A DNA stretch of 45,645 nucleotides from Chiloscyllium plagiosum (taxonomy: Eukaryota), in contig NW_025215348.1 in assembly GCF_004010195.1 (NCBI RefSeq), forward strand, positions 1 to 45,645, read 5' to 3'. The notes beneath the pieces are model-generated. The model was given only the letters and a program-made list of their open reading frames with translations, did not search any database and was not told the origin of the DNA. Position numbers and translations under genes: made by a program. This document shows positions 12,786 to 24,310 of this stretch, in pieces. Each line of letters begins with the position of its first letter. Within the stretch, counting starts at the first letter, position 1.

Positions 12786-13102
12786 ATATTGATGAGGGCA
12801 GTGCAGTTGACATGGGCTTCAGTTAGGCCTTTAACAAGGCCCCACATGGAAGGCTGGCGCAAAAGGTCAGATCCCATGGGATTGAAGACAACTTGGAAAA
12901 CTGGATCCAAAATTGGTTTGCAGAAAGGAGGCAAAGAGTGATGGTGGAGGGGTGTTTTTGTAATTGGGAGCCTGTCACCGGCAGTGCACCCCAGGGATCA
13001 GTGCTGGGACCCTTGCTGCATCTTGGATGTGAAAGTAGAAGGTATAATTAGTAAGTTTGCAGAGGACATGAAAGTGGGCCGTGCTGTTGATAGTGAGGAG
13101 GA

Positions 13103-13995
13103 AACAACAAATGCTGGAGATCACAGCGGGTCAGGCAGCATCCGTGGAGAGAGAGCACGCTAATGTTTCGAGTCGAGATGATTCTTCCTCAGGGCTGACG
13201 GGAAGTGTGGAGGGGACAGCATTTATGTGATAGTTTGGGGGGGGGGGGGGAGGTTGGAGTGCTGGGGGAGAAAGGGTGCTGACAGTACAGATTAAGCGAT
13301 CAAAATATAAGAATGGCAGAACAATGGTGTGTCTAACTGCCACACTGGAACAGGGCAGGCAGTCCCATTGGAGTGCAAGGGGTGGGGAGAGAAGACGTGG
13401 TGACAGAGAATGTAACAGAGAAGGATAAAAGAAGGAATGGGCTCACCATTTAAAGGTGAACTCAATATTAAATCCAAAAGGCCATAAAGTGCCTAGTCTG
13501 AAGCTGAGATGTTGTTCCTCCAGGTTGCGCTGTGGCTGACTGGAACACTGCAGCATGTCGAGGACAGACAAGTGGGCATGTGAGCAGGATGCTGTGTTAA
13601 AGTGACTGGCTACAGGAAAGTTGGGATGCTGCTTTCACACTGACTAGAGATGCTCCACAAAGTGGTCACCCAGCCTGCATTTGGTTTCTCCGATGTAGAG
13701 TAGGCACACTGGGTGCAGTGAATACAATTGGAGGAGGCGCCGGTGAAAGGCTGTTTCGGCCCTTGGATGGTGAGCTGGGCAGAGGCGAAAGGGCAGGTGT
13801 TTCACCTTCTGCGGTTACATGGCAAGGTGCCATAGGAAGTGGGGTGGTGTTGGTGTTAGACTAGGGTGTCCTGGAGGGAACGATCCCTGCGACTTACAGA
13901 CAATGGGGTGAGGAGAAAATGTGTTCAGTGCTGGCATTTTGCTGGAGTTGTCTGAAATGGAGAAGACTGATCCCTTGAATGCGGAGGTTCAGGGG
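13103..13995 (-). mobile_element. Penelope-like element (family 3) with GIY-YIG endonuclease and 3' pseudo-LTR
   Basis: Minus strand: IQGPKQPF...CIHCTQC.LLYIGETKCRLGDHFVEHL...PVASHFN...LEEQHLSFRLGTL.P.GFNIEF. Degenerate hammerhead core at 13162-13192. Confidence 0.9.
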
Positions 13996-14254
13996 ATGGA
14001 AAGTCTGATATTGACCAGCTAGTAAATTGAGCAGCGTTCCAGGCTGATGGAATTTAATCCTGATAAGTGTGAGGTGATGCATGTTGGGAGGTCTAATAAA
14101 GGAAGGATATATACAATAAACGGTTAGTCCCGAGGGAGTACTGAGGGACATTCCCAATTCCTCCGCCTCCGCCGTATCAGCTCCCAGGAGGAGCGGTTCC
14201 ACCATAGAACACACCAGATGGCCTCCTTCTTTAGAGACCGCAATTTCCCTTCCC

Positions 14255-14911
14255 NNNNNNNNNNNNNNNNNNNNNNNNNNNNNNNNNNNNNNNNNNNNNN
14301 NNNNNNNNNNNNNNNNNNNNNNNNNNNNNNNNNNNNNNNNNNNNNNNNNNNNNNNNNNNNNNNNNNNNNNNNNNNNNNNNNNNNNNNNNNNNNNNNNNNN
14401 NNNNNNNNNNNNNNNNNNNNNNNNNNNNNNNNNNNNNNNNNNNNNNNNNNNNNNNNNNNNNNNNNNNNNNNNNNNNNNNNNNNNNNNNNNNNNNNNNNNN
14501 NNNNNNNNNNNNNNNNNNNNNNNNNNNNNNNNNNNNNNNNNNNNNNNNNNNNNNNNNNNNNNNNNNNNNNNNNNNNNNNNNNNNNNNNNNNNNNNNNNNN
14601 NNNNNNNNNNNNNNNNNNNNNNNNNNNNNNNNNNNNNNNNNNNNNNNNNNNNNNNNNNNNNNNNNNNNNNNNNNNNNNNNNNNNNNNNNNNNNNNNNNNN
14701 NNNNNNNNNNNNNNNNNNNNNNNNNNNNNNNNNNNNNNNNNNNNNNNNNNNNNNNNNNNNNNNNNNNNNNNNNNNNNNNNNNNNNNNNNNNNNNNNNNNN
14801 NNNNNNNNNNNNNNNNNNNNNNNNNNNNNNNNNNNNNNNNNNNNNNNNNNNNNNNNNNNNNNNNNNNNNNNNNNNNNNNNNNNNNNNNNNNNNNNNNNNN
14901 NNNNNNNNNNN
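14255..14911. other. Assembly gap (657 N)
   Basis: Run of N. Confidence 1.
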
Positions 14912-14968
14912 CCACCCCCACCCTCCTCTAGCTTATCTCTCCACGCTTCAGGCTCTCTGCCTTTATTC

Positions 14969-14996
14969 CTGATGAAGGGCTTTTGCCCGAAACGTC
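14969..14996 (+). ncRNA. Minimal hammerhead ribozyme core (PLE family 1)
   Basis: CUGAUGA-A-GGGC-UUUU-GCCC-GAAA-CG-UC. Confidence 0.7.
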
Positions 14997-16069
14997 GATT
15001 TTGCCTGTCCTCGGATGCTGCCTGAATTGCTGTGCTCTTCCAGCACCACTGATCCAGAATCTGGTTTCCAGCATCTGCAGTCATTGTTTTTACCTCGAGG
15101 GACAAAGGGACCTTGCTGTACAAGTCCATAGATCCCTGAAGGTGTCAGTGCAGAGACAGCAGGATGAAGAAGGCATGTGGGATATTTGCCTTCAATAGCC
15201 AGAGCATAGAATTTGGGAACGAGGAAGTCTTAATACAAACTTAGAAAACATTGCTCGGGTCACCACACTATCAGAAGGATGTGATTGCACTGGAGAGGGG
15301 GCAGAGGAGGTTCACCAGGATTCTGCTGGGGATAGAAGGCCTCAGTCGTGAGGAGAGACTGGATAGACTGTCTTTGTTTTCCTTGGAGCAGGGAAGTGGG
15401 GATCTGAGGCTGAGGGAGTGGGGATCTGATTGGGGGTGTACAAACTTTGAGAGGCATAGACAGAGTAGCTCATGAGAATCCTTTCCCCATGGCAGATGTG
15501 TCTAAGACCAGAGGGCATCGGTTTAAGGTGAGGAGCAAGCGCTTCAGAGGAGATCTGAGAAAAATCTCATTCATCCAGAGGGTAGGAGAATGTGTTGCCT
15601 GAGAGGGTGATGGAGGCAGGTCTTTTCACAATATTTAAGAACCATCTGGACTTGCACTGACAATGCCAGGGCATAGTAGGCCATGGATCCAGTGCAGTTA
15701 AACGGGATTCGTGCAGTTTGATGTTTGTTGTTCAGCAGAGACATAGTGAGCTGAAAAGCCTGTTTCTGTGCTGTGCTATGACTGCCTATGATTCTTCTTT
15801 GGAATCAAAGAAGGAGGTTTCAGACTGAAACGTTTACTCTGCTTTTCTCTGCACAAATGCTGCCAGACCTGCTCACTTGCCTCAGCACGTTCAGTTTTTA
15901 TTTCTGACATCAGCATTTGTTTCACGCTGTGAAACTGTTATCAGAACAAACTAGCCAGTAGAACATTATGGCCGCCATTACATAGGATGTTGAACAGTCC
16001 ATTTAAATACTCCTGTCTTGCAGATTGATTGATATTCTTTTTGTCTTGGTTCTTTTCAATCTTGGCTGG

Positions 16070-17395
16070 TATGATTTATCCCCGGAATCTCTGGGAAGAG
16101 ATTGCAGAGCCTTTGGCGTTGATCTTTATGTCATCATTGTCAACGGGAGTCGTGCCAGAAGACTGGAGGATAGCAAATGTTGTCCTCTTGTTTAAGATGG
16201 GGACTTTGGACAGCCCTGATAATTATAGGCCAGTGAGCCTTATTTTGTTTTTATTTAAGATTACTTACAGTGTGGAAACAGGCCCTTCGGCCCAACAAGT
16301 CCACACTGACCCGCCGAAGCGCAACCCACCCAGACCCATTCCTCTACATTTACCCCTTCACCTAACACTACAGGCAATTTAGCATGGCCAATTCACCTAA
16401 CCTGCATATGTTTGGACTGTGGGAGGAAACTGGAGCACCCGGAGGAAACCCACACAGACACGGGGAGAATGTGCAAACTCCACACAGTCAGTCGCCTGAG
16501 GCGGGAATTGAACCCGGGTCTCTGGCGCTGTGAGGCAGCAGTGCTAACCACTGTGCCACCGTGCCGCCCACGGTTGTGAGTTGTTGGAAAAGGTTATAAG
16601 AGATAGGATTTATAATCATCTGGAAAGGAATAATTTGATTATGGATAGTCAATACAGTTTTGTGAAGGGTAGGTCATGCCTTACTAACCTTATTGAGTTC
16701 TTTGAGAAGGTGAGCAAACAGGTGGATGAGGGTAAAGTGGTGGATGTTGTGTATATGGACTTCAGTAAGGCATTTGATAAGGTTTCACACAGTAGGCTAT
16801 TGCACAAAATACGGAGTTTCAGGATTGAGGGTGATGTCGCGGTTTGGATCAGAAATTGGCTAGCTGAAAGAAGACAGAGGGTGGTGGTTGATGGGAAATG
16901 TTTATCCTGGAGCTCAGTTACCAGTGATGTACCGCAAGGATCTGTTTTAGGGCCACCGCTGTTTGTCATTTTTATAAATGATCTGAATGTAGGCATAGAA
17001 GGATTGGTTAATAAATTTGCAGATGGCACTAAGGTAGGCAGAGTTGTGGATAGTGCTGAAGGATCTTGTGGATTAAAGAGGAACATAGATAAGATGCAGA
17101 GCTGGGTGAAGGCTATCATGAGGGGCCATAGCTTTAAATTGAGGGATGATAGATTTAGGACAGATATTAGGGGTAGTGTCTTCACTTAGAGAGTAGTAGG
17201 GGCGTGGAATGGCCTGCCTGCAACAGTAATAGACTTGCCAATGTTAAGGGTATTTAAGTGAGCATTGGATAGACATGTGGATAACAATGGAATGCTGTAG
17301 GTTAGATGGGCATCAGATTATTTTCACAGGTCGGTGCAACATCGAGGGCCGAAGGGCCTGTTCTGCACTGTAATGTTCTATGGTCTATGTTCTGT
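16070..17395 (+). mobile_element. CR1 LINE, same subfamily as 2920-6075; 5'-truncated, SINE-interrupted, internal deletion near 17106
   Basis: ORF 16581..17189 (YMDFSKAFD, VPQGSVLGP) is nearly identical to 4580-5100 and jumps from MQSW to VKA..RGHSFKL. Confidence 0.95.
16256..16570 (-). mobile_element. HE1-like V-SINE, full length and young
   Basis: Complete tRNA head, V-domain and tail; interrupts the CR1 at RPVSL|..VVS. Confidence 0.95.
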
Positions 17396-17779
17396 CAAAT
17401 ACCCTTGGGAATTAAAACATAAACATGTCAACAGGAAATGGCTTCCTGCTGAGAGGGAAGCCAAATAGTCAACTTCTCAACCTGAAACCTTAACTCTGAT
17501 TTCTGACCAAAGATGCTGCTGGACAAACCTGCTGAACCTTTCCAGCAATATGTGCTTTTTGTTTCTCATTTTCTGGTCCCTTTTAGTCTTGTGTTTGACG
17601 TTTCCCGGACTCTCTGCAGGTGTGACATTCTATGTCCCCACAGCAGACTCTGCCAGCCATCGCTGAACTTGCGTCCATAAATTGCTGGTGGTGTGGTCAC
17701 CTTCTCTTCGAGGATAAATGTTGGAATTGAAGTCGGCTATGTCCATAAGATGATCTGAGATCATCACAATGTCATTGGT

Positions 17780-18000
17780 GTGCATCTGGAGTTGCATGTA
17801 GGCCTGACCAGGTAACTTCCATCCTGAAGGATGTTTAATGAACTTGCGGTGTTTTTTTTCTAGGATGGTCAGAGGTGACCATTACTGAAATTTGCTTTCT
17901 CTTCTACATTTATCATTCAAATTTAAATTCCAGCTCCTGCTCTTGTAGATTTGAGCAGGAACTTCACCCAGGCCGCTGGGTTACTGGTCCAGTGATACTG
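17780..18000 (-). mobile_element. SINE family B, degraded
   Basis: TCTGGAGTTGCATGTAGGCCTGACCAGGTAA matches the family B reverse complement. Confidence 0.6.
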
Positions 18001-18159
18001 TCTGCTGCCCTGTTGCCTCTGTAGCGCCCTTCCCCCATCTACTTACAGAGCAGGCCTTGTGCTCTCTACCATAACCTCGTGTTGGAGAAGCTGTTCACCA
18101 AGTTCCTCAGGCGCTGAACCAGCTTGATACAATGTCAGCCAGTGCACTCTATACTTTTG

Positions 18160-18272
18160 ATGTGGAGGTCCCGGGGTTGGACTGGGGTGAACAGCGTCAG
18201 GAGTCACACCCCGCCAAGTTAGAGTTTATTTGAAATCACAAGCTTTCGGAGCGGTGTCCCTTCCTCAGGTGA
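18160..18272 (-). mobile_element. PLE family 2 terminal fragment with degenerate hammerhead core (18240-18268)
   Basis: GTTGGACTGGGGTG...CACAAGCTTTCGGAGC...CCTTCCTCAGGTG. Confidence 0.65.
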
Positions 18273-18764
18273 CCATTAACACGCCCGTATGTCACTGCTC
18301 AGGCATGCCATGGTGGGGCTTCACCCTGGGCCACCTAAACCAGAGGTAGGGACACTACCACAGCACCATGTATGGAGGTTACGTGTATCGTATCAGGAAA
18401 ATTGCTCCTAATCCTCATCTCAGCAGTGTCAGTGTCCAGTTTCGTGCTTAAAGCACGTTTAGATCGTGATCGTCACCAATTCACCCTGAAATTGAAGACT
18501 TTTAAAGTAGGTGTGCCTTATTAGCACAGCCCACACTTTGACCTTTCTGTGAAATAATCCTCTGACGGGCTCTTCCCGATCAGTGTGAGCTGCTGAGATG
18601 TGGGTCTCAAATCAGCCAATACTCATGTTCAGTGCAACCACACAGGTCGAAGCAGTCGTGGGTTAGAAAGCTGTGCTGGAGTTTGGTTACATATTGGCTA
18701 AAATACCAGGAAAAGACATTTCATTATAAGTATCTTCAGCATTTATCGAGTTACAGAGATGTAC

Positions 18765-19095
18765 AGAGTTATAGAGTCAGAGAGATGTACAGCACGGAAA
18801 CAGACCCTTTGGTCCAACTCATCCATACCAACAACTTATCCTAGATAAATCTAGCCCTGTTTGCCAGCATTTGGTCCATATCTCTCTTAACCCTTCCTAT
18901 TCACATACCCATCCAGATGCCTTTTAAATGCTGTAATTGTACCAGCCTCCACCACGTCCTCTGGCAATTGTATACGCACCACGTTCTGTGTGAAAAAGTT
19001 GCCCCTTCGGCCCCTTTTAAACCTTTCCCTCTCAACTTAAAGCCTGCGCCCCTGGTTTTGGACTCCCTCACCCCGGGGAAAAGACCTTGTCTACT
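18765..19095 (-). mobile_element. CR1 (HER1-like) 3' end
   Basis: QGLFPGVRESKTRG..FK and the same tail as 768-1510. Confidence 0.9.
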
Positions 19096-19229
19096 TTGCA
19101 CAGCTTAATTTTCAGGCTCCGCAAACAAATGGTTAGAGAGTTCAATTCTACCTGTGTAGCAGCTCTTTTAAAATATCTGGTTAATGAGAACCAGCATTTT
19201 CCCTCCATCTATAGCATCGTGCTATAAAC

Positions 19230-19430
19230 TGGGCTTGGTTAGCGGAGTGGTTGGTTTATAATGCAGTGGATGCCAACGGTGTAAGTCCAATTCCTGGAAT
19301 GAATGAGATTATCACATAGGATTCTCCTCTCGGCTTCTCCCCTCAACTGAGGTGTGGTCTCCTTCAGGTTTACTACCAACTGCCATCTCTCTCTCTCTCG
19401 AACGAGAGACTAGGGCTGTGGTGATTTCAC
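19230..19430 (+). mobile_element. tRNA-derived SINE, family C
   Basis: TGCAGTGGATGCCAAC...CTTCTCCCCTCAACTGAGGTGTGG...CAGGTTTACTACC; homologous to the reversed copies at 28590 and 40742. Confidence 0.6.
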
Positions 19431-19709
19431 CTTCAGTCACAAGCTGCTGCCCTTTGAGCTTGTCAGCAGGTTCCCTCCACTCAGGAGCTTCATGATACAG
19501 AGAGCCAGCTCATTTCTTCACCTTGACCTGAGGGATGGGTGCAAACAGGAACCAGCTATTTAATAAAACCCACTCTGATGTTTAAATTTTCCAAGCCTTG
19601 CACTACTTTCCTGGCAACATCGCCCTTTTTGGACATGACTGAAGCATTTCCTCATGGTATTTTTGTCTGATATTACAAAATCTACTGTTTTCATTAAAAA
19701 ATATCCTTG

Positions 19710-20012
19710 TGGCTCAGTGGTTAGCATTGCTGTCTCATAGCAAAGGGGACCTGGGTTCGATTCCAGCCTCAGGTGACTGACTGTGTGGAGTTTGCACATT
19801 CTCCCCGTGTCTGCGTGGGTTTCCTCCGGGTGCTCGGGTTTCCTCCCACAGTCCAAAGATGTGCACGTCAGGTGAATGGTTCATGCTAAATTGCCCGTAG
19901 TGTTAGGTGCATTAGTCAGAGGGAAATGGGTCTGGGTGGTTCACTGTTCGGAGGGTCAGTGTAGACTTGTTGGGCCGAAGGGTCTGTTTCCACACTGTAA
20001 GGAATCTAATCT
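19710..20012 (+). mobile_element. HE1-like V-SINE
   Basis: A/B boxes, V-domain and ATCTA tail. Confidence 0.93.
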
Positions 20013-20069
20013 ATATCGAAGATCAGTAAAGTAGTTTGATCCTGTGTAGTAGCATATTAAAGAAACAAG

Positions 20070-20435
20070 GGGAGCGATAGCCTAATGGTATTATCACTGG
20101 CGTGTTAATCCAGAGACCCAGATAATAGACCTGGGTTCAAATCCTGCTGCAGTACATGCTGGAATTTGAATTAATTAATAAGGAAAAAGAGAGAATGTGG
20201 AAGTTAGAGTCTAATGATGACCATGAATCCATTGTCGGAAAACCCCATCTGATTCACTAATGTCCTTCAGGAAAGGAAACTGCCATCCTTACCTGGTCTG
20301 GCCTACATGTGACTCCAGACTCACAGCGATATGATTGAATCTTAACTGCCCTCTGGGCAATTAGGGATGGGTAATAAATGCTGGCCCAGCCAATCATGCT
20401 TTCATCCCATGAATGAATGAGTAAATTAAAAAAAA
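20070..20435 (+). mobile_element. tRNA-derived SINE, family B, near full length
   Basis: A-box TAGCCTAATGGTA and B-box GGGTTCAAATCC. Tail GGGTAATAAATGCTGGCCCAGCC...CATCCCATGAATGAATGA plus A-run. Confidence 0.85.
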
Positions 20436-21591
20436 ACATTGGAGTTTGACTCTATCCCAACAAATCAAATGCATCTCTGTCTTGAACCAGACTATATTTA
20501 GATGCACTGGGAGGGTCTGATATCTGAATGGACCCTCCTTCATCCTCAGAAGGAAGACCTCAGACAGTGGTCTTTCCCCACTGCGCCTTGGCAGCAGCTG
20601 CCCCACGCTTGAGTGTGTTCCTCAGTGTTGTTGCAGTGTAAGAGGAGGCCCATTGTCTCTGCACCGGTCCTATTACCAAGTGCTATTTCCCCATTTCTCT
20701 GCATGAAAATTTGTATCCAAATGATCAGCCCATGCCCTCTTGAATTGCCGGATCCAATATTGTGGATTAAGATCTATAAGGTACAATTGGATGTTACTTA
20801 AATTCCTATTCCACGGTTAAATGGTCTAACCCTGTTCACCTACAATCCAGACGATCCAGGACCTTCAAACTGCACTGAGACAAGAACACTTGGGGCACAA
20901 GTGCCACCCTCTGAGAGGTGCCAGCCAATCAGAGGCTGGTAATGCTGAAGGACTGTGCCAACGTGGAGATGGGAACTGCTGCTGAGCTCAACCCCCATCC
21001 CAAGGCCTCAGATCATGGATAGAGGGATCGAAGGTGGGTTGGAGGGTCTTGGGGTTGGTGTTGGCAGCGGTAAGTGGTGGTAGAGGGGGTTAACAGTAAG
21101 GGTAGGAAACCAAGCCTCCACTCTCCCCTTGGCCAGCCTATCACATAGACGCTAAGTGCCTTTAAATGAGGGATAGCCCCTTTGGACCCTAAGGGCAACC
21201 CACCCTCACGTATATGTATATGACGCCCAGTCACGGGGTTGAGTTTTCCCAAATTGTGAAGCTCCTGGGTGAAGGAGACATGAACAGGCTCTCCTTCTTT
21301 AATCACTCACCCCCCCCCACCCCCCTCGGTTAATCATAATTAGAAGGTGTATTTAAAAAAAGCGGCCCTTCCTAGCTTTCTCCCAGACCAGGCGACTTAT
21401 GTCTTAAAAGCAACCAATTTAACCAGACTCTCTTGAGCTTACAAAGGGATGAGGTTATGAATAACTAAACATGAATAGAAATAAGAACTCAACACACATA
21501 GACACAGACTAGGAATAAGAGGGGAGTCCGAACTAACATCAAACGCTAAAATATATATAGATGGAGCAGCCTCTCCAGGTGGTTCCTGAAA

Positions 21592-21835
21592 ATTTGGATT
21601 TGGATTTGGATTTAGATTTAAGCTTTATTGTCACGTTCACTCAAGTACAGGAGTACACTGAAAAGTGTGCGATGTTGCCACGTACAGCTCCATCTTGGGT
21701 ACAAAGGTAGCTGGGTACAAAACTGAGGTCCAACAGAGTAACATAGAGAAACAATGTTAAAAGTAAAGCATTACCGTTGTTCTTAGTATAAAAAATAAGG
21801 AAGTCAAAAGGTAACAATACAGTCCTTCCTGGTAT
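21592..21835 (-). mobile_element. 3' part of an AAGATGG-type short retroposon (same family as 24311-24682)
   Basis: Minus strand: GGACTGTA...CCAAGATGG...GTGGCAAC...TTTTCAGTGTACTC...GAGT...CGTGACAATAAA followed by (AAATCY)n. Confidence 0.65.
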
Positions 21836-21957
21836 TTAGTGGAAAAATAAAGGAATGAATGTTCATGGGATGTTGAAGGTTGAACTGCTGGTTGCCAGGG
21901 CTCTTGCCTTTGGAGTTTGTTAAAATCCTTTTTTGCTCATTTCCCTTTTACATTGCT

Positions 21958-22128
21958 TAAAAATGTGTTGCTGGAAAAGCGCAGCAGGTCAGGCAGCATC
22001 CGAGGAGCAGGAGAATCGACGTTTCGGGCAAAAGCCCTTCTTCAGGAAGCAGCCTGACCTGCTGTGCTTCTCCAGCGCAACTCTAATCTAGACTCTGGTT
22101 TCCAGCATCTGCCGTCCTTGGTTTTACC
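21958..22128. mobile_element. Penelope pseudo-LTR inverted-repeat insertion (family 1) with intact minus-strand hammerhead core at 22018-22045
   Basis: Same arms as 5426-5593; core CUGAAGA-A-GGGC-UUUU-GCCC-GAAA-CG-UC. Confidence 0.85.
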
Positions 22129-22668
22129 TTCTGGAATGTGCCTACGCAGAGGAAGTCTGGAGAGGAATGCAGTGGTGTTTGTCGAGGTTCGTCCCGAGCA
22201 GCGCCGTGACGCGGGACTCCGTGCTCTATGGCCTGTTCCCCGGGACGCACACCGAGACGAACATCAACTGTGCCTGGAGGATCATCAGCTCGGTGAAGGA
22301 CGCTCTCTGGGCGGTCCGAAACCTGTTGATCTTCCAGCTGAAGGAGTTGACCCCGACTGAGTGTTGCAGACTGACACATTCCAAGGTCCAGGACTACGTG
22401 TTGAGGGACGCGCTGAAGCTTGGGGTGGGGAAAGACCACCGTGTAACATCTGCCTGCCTAAGGAAAACAGGGGGCCCATGCAGTCATTTGGGCTCCGCTG
22501 ACACCTCAGCTAAATATCTGGATGGTCAATGTACAGACTTGTAGATACGAATGATTAATTCCGATCTCTGTGTGTAAAGAAATGCAATGTGTGCATAAGA
22601 ATGGCATCACCAATTGTATAGATATCAAAATAATTTTATGAATAAACTTTATTTTTGAAATAAAAAAA
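22128..22668 (+). mobile_element. Tx1/L1-clade LINE, ORF2 C-terminus and 3' UTR with poly(A)
   Basis: LECAYAEEVWRGMQW...VLYGLFPG...WRIISSVKDALWAVRNLLIFQ...KVQDYVLRD (the W..RN...F motif follows the zinc knuckle). Ends AATAAA...GAAATAAAAAAA. CpG-rich, so probably young. Confidence 0.85.
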
Positions 22669-23139
22669 TCTTCTTTCATTAGCGTACCTTCTTCCTCTAG
22701 TACACATAGACCAGTCAGTTTTTAACTGCTTTTTTTTGCATATTCCTGGAAGAGCAAACCACAAAACTTGTCTTACAAGAGGTGGCCTTGTGCAGAGAAG
22801 GGGGGAGAATGTAATCCCCCTCATTATCTCCTCCTGTTTTCAGTCGAAGGTTTCCTTGAAACTTGAGTGATGCAGGGTTCCATGGGCCCCACATGGGACT
22901 TTGCTAGATAGTCAATGAATTTATATAGCAGCTTTTACTTGGGGTTGTAGAAGTCTTCCCCCGCATTAAAAAAAAAGGTTTGAAATCAAAACATTCGAAA
23001 ATGTCCACAGTACATTGGGGGCCTGCTCTGTTGTCATGACACTGTCATGCTCCCCCATGGTCTATGGGGCAAATACCAATCGCCACACAGTAATGTCTAT
23101 TGGACATTGATCCCCTCCTTAAAAGCCTCCAATGGTGTT

Positions 23140-23451
23140 TGATTAGATTACTTACAGTGTGGAAACAGGCCCTTCGGCCCAACCAGTCCACACCGACCCG
23201 CCGAAGCGCAACCCACCCATACCCCTACATTTACCCCTTTACCTAACACTACGGGCAATTTAGCGTGGCCAATTCACCTGACCTGCACATCTTTGGACTG
23301 TGGGAGGAAACCGGAGCACCCGGAGGAAACCCACGCAGACACGGGGAGAATGTGCAAACTCCACACAGTCAGTCACCTGAGTCGGGAATTGAACCCGGGT
23401 CTCTGGTGCTGTGAGGCAGCAGTGCTAACCACTGTGCCACCGTGCCGCCCA
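23140..23451 (-). mobile_element. HE1-like V-SINE, full length and young
   Basis: Nearly identical to 35607-35915 in reverse. Confidence 0.95.
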
Positions 23452-24310
23452 TAAATGATGAGTGTAGGCCATCCCTGAGCCTTTCCATCACAGGCATAAC
23501 CAGGGGATAGCAGTGGGTGGGGTCCCTACATGGACCACTGTGGATGGCTCCACGGCCAGTGTTACTGGTGCACTGACTAGTATTACCTACTGGTCTTGAA
23601 TCCTATACACCTGCTCTCTCACTGGTCCAGCGCCAACCAGATCTTTGAATAAAACAACCGAATGATGGAATTAAATCCCACCCTTTCAATTTTATCTGTG
23701 CTGCTGGGTTGTTTGTCTTTTCACTGTCCGGTATATTTGAACAGATGACTTCCAGCAGCCACTGAAAAGCACATCAGAATAATGTTGCCTGAAATATTTT
23801 GCTATGAACGGTACTGCTGTTGACAGCAGCCAGGGCAGGCCGAGGTAAAGAGAAGCCAAGAAACTACTTTCAGTTGGAACTGTCCTGCATCCCCAGTGTG
23901 AATATGGAATACACTTAAACTCACTCTCTGTGGCTGTGCAGGGTGAGAAGAGTTCCCAGCCGATTTGTTTTATCACAGTTGTGTTCAATCATGCCTTCCC
24001 ACTCAATGACAGGGGTTTGCCTGTAAATATTTAATTGGCCACGTCAGTGATTATTGGTGGCTGTTAATCATTCAAAAACAAAAGAAAGTCACGGTGATTT
24101 GATGGTGGGAAAGAGGTTCAGTCGTGTGTGATAACACCCCAGAGTATTAAAGAAAGAAAATCAATATTGAATAGATGGTAGAAGAGTATGTGTGTCAGGA
24201 TGGGTGAAGCTAGGTGTCTGTGGGCTGGCTGGAGGAAGAGTTCCAGGATTGTTATGGAGAAGGCTGTTTGGCCCATCACGTCTACGCTAGCTCTCTGAAT
24301 GACTGACTGG

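Larger units (their letters stand above)
14151..15096 (+). mobile_element. Penelope-like element (family 1) spanning the assembly gap
   Basis: SQFLRLRRISSQEERFHHRTHQMASFFRDRNFPS (PLE post-RT region) lies before the gap and a pseudo-LTR after it. TSD GAGGGACA at 14143-14150 and 15097-15104. Confidence 0.88.
12788..15792 (+). mobile_element. CR1 LINE RT and 3' region split by two Penelope insertions
   Basis: Colinear CR1 pieces at 12788-13102 (APQGSVLGP, KFAED), about 14005-14150 (MEFNPDKCEVMH) and 15097-15792 (RDLAVQVHRSLKV, ERGQRRFTR, tail). Confidence 0.9.

Noticed and set aside
13894..15129. Long ORFs of 411, 265 and 237 aa
   Set aside because: They are artefacts of translating through the N gap.
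20880..21200. Possible non-autonomous DNA transposon remnant (also about 480-700)
   Set aside because: It looks repeat-like, but I could not identify terminal inverted repeats or a TSD.
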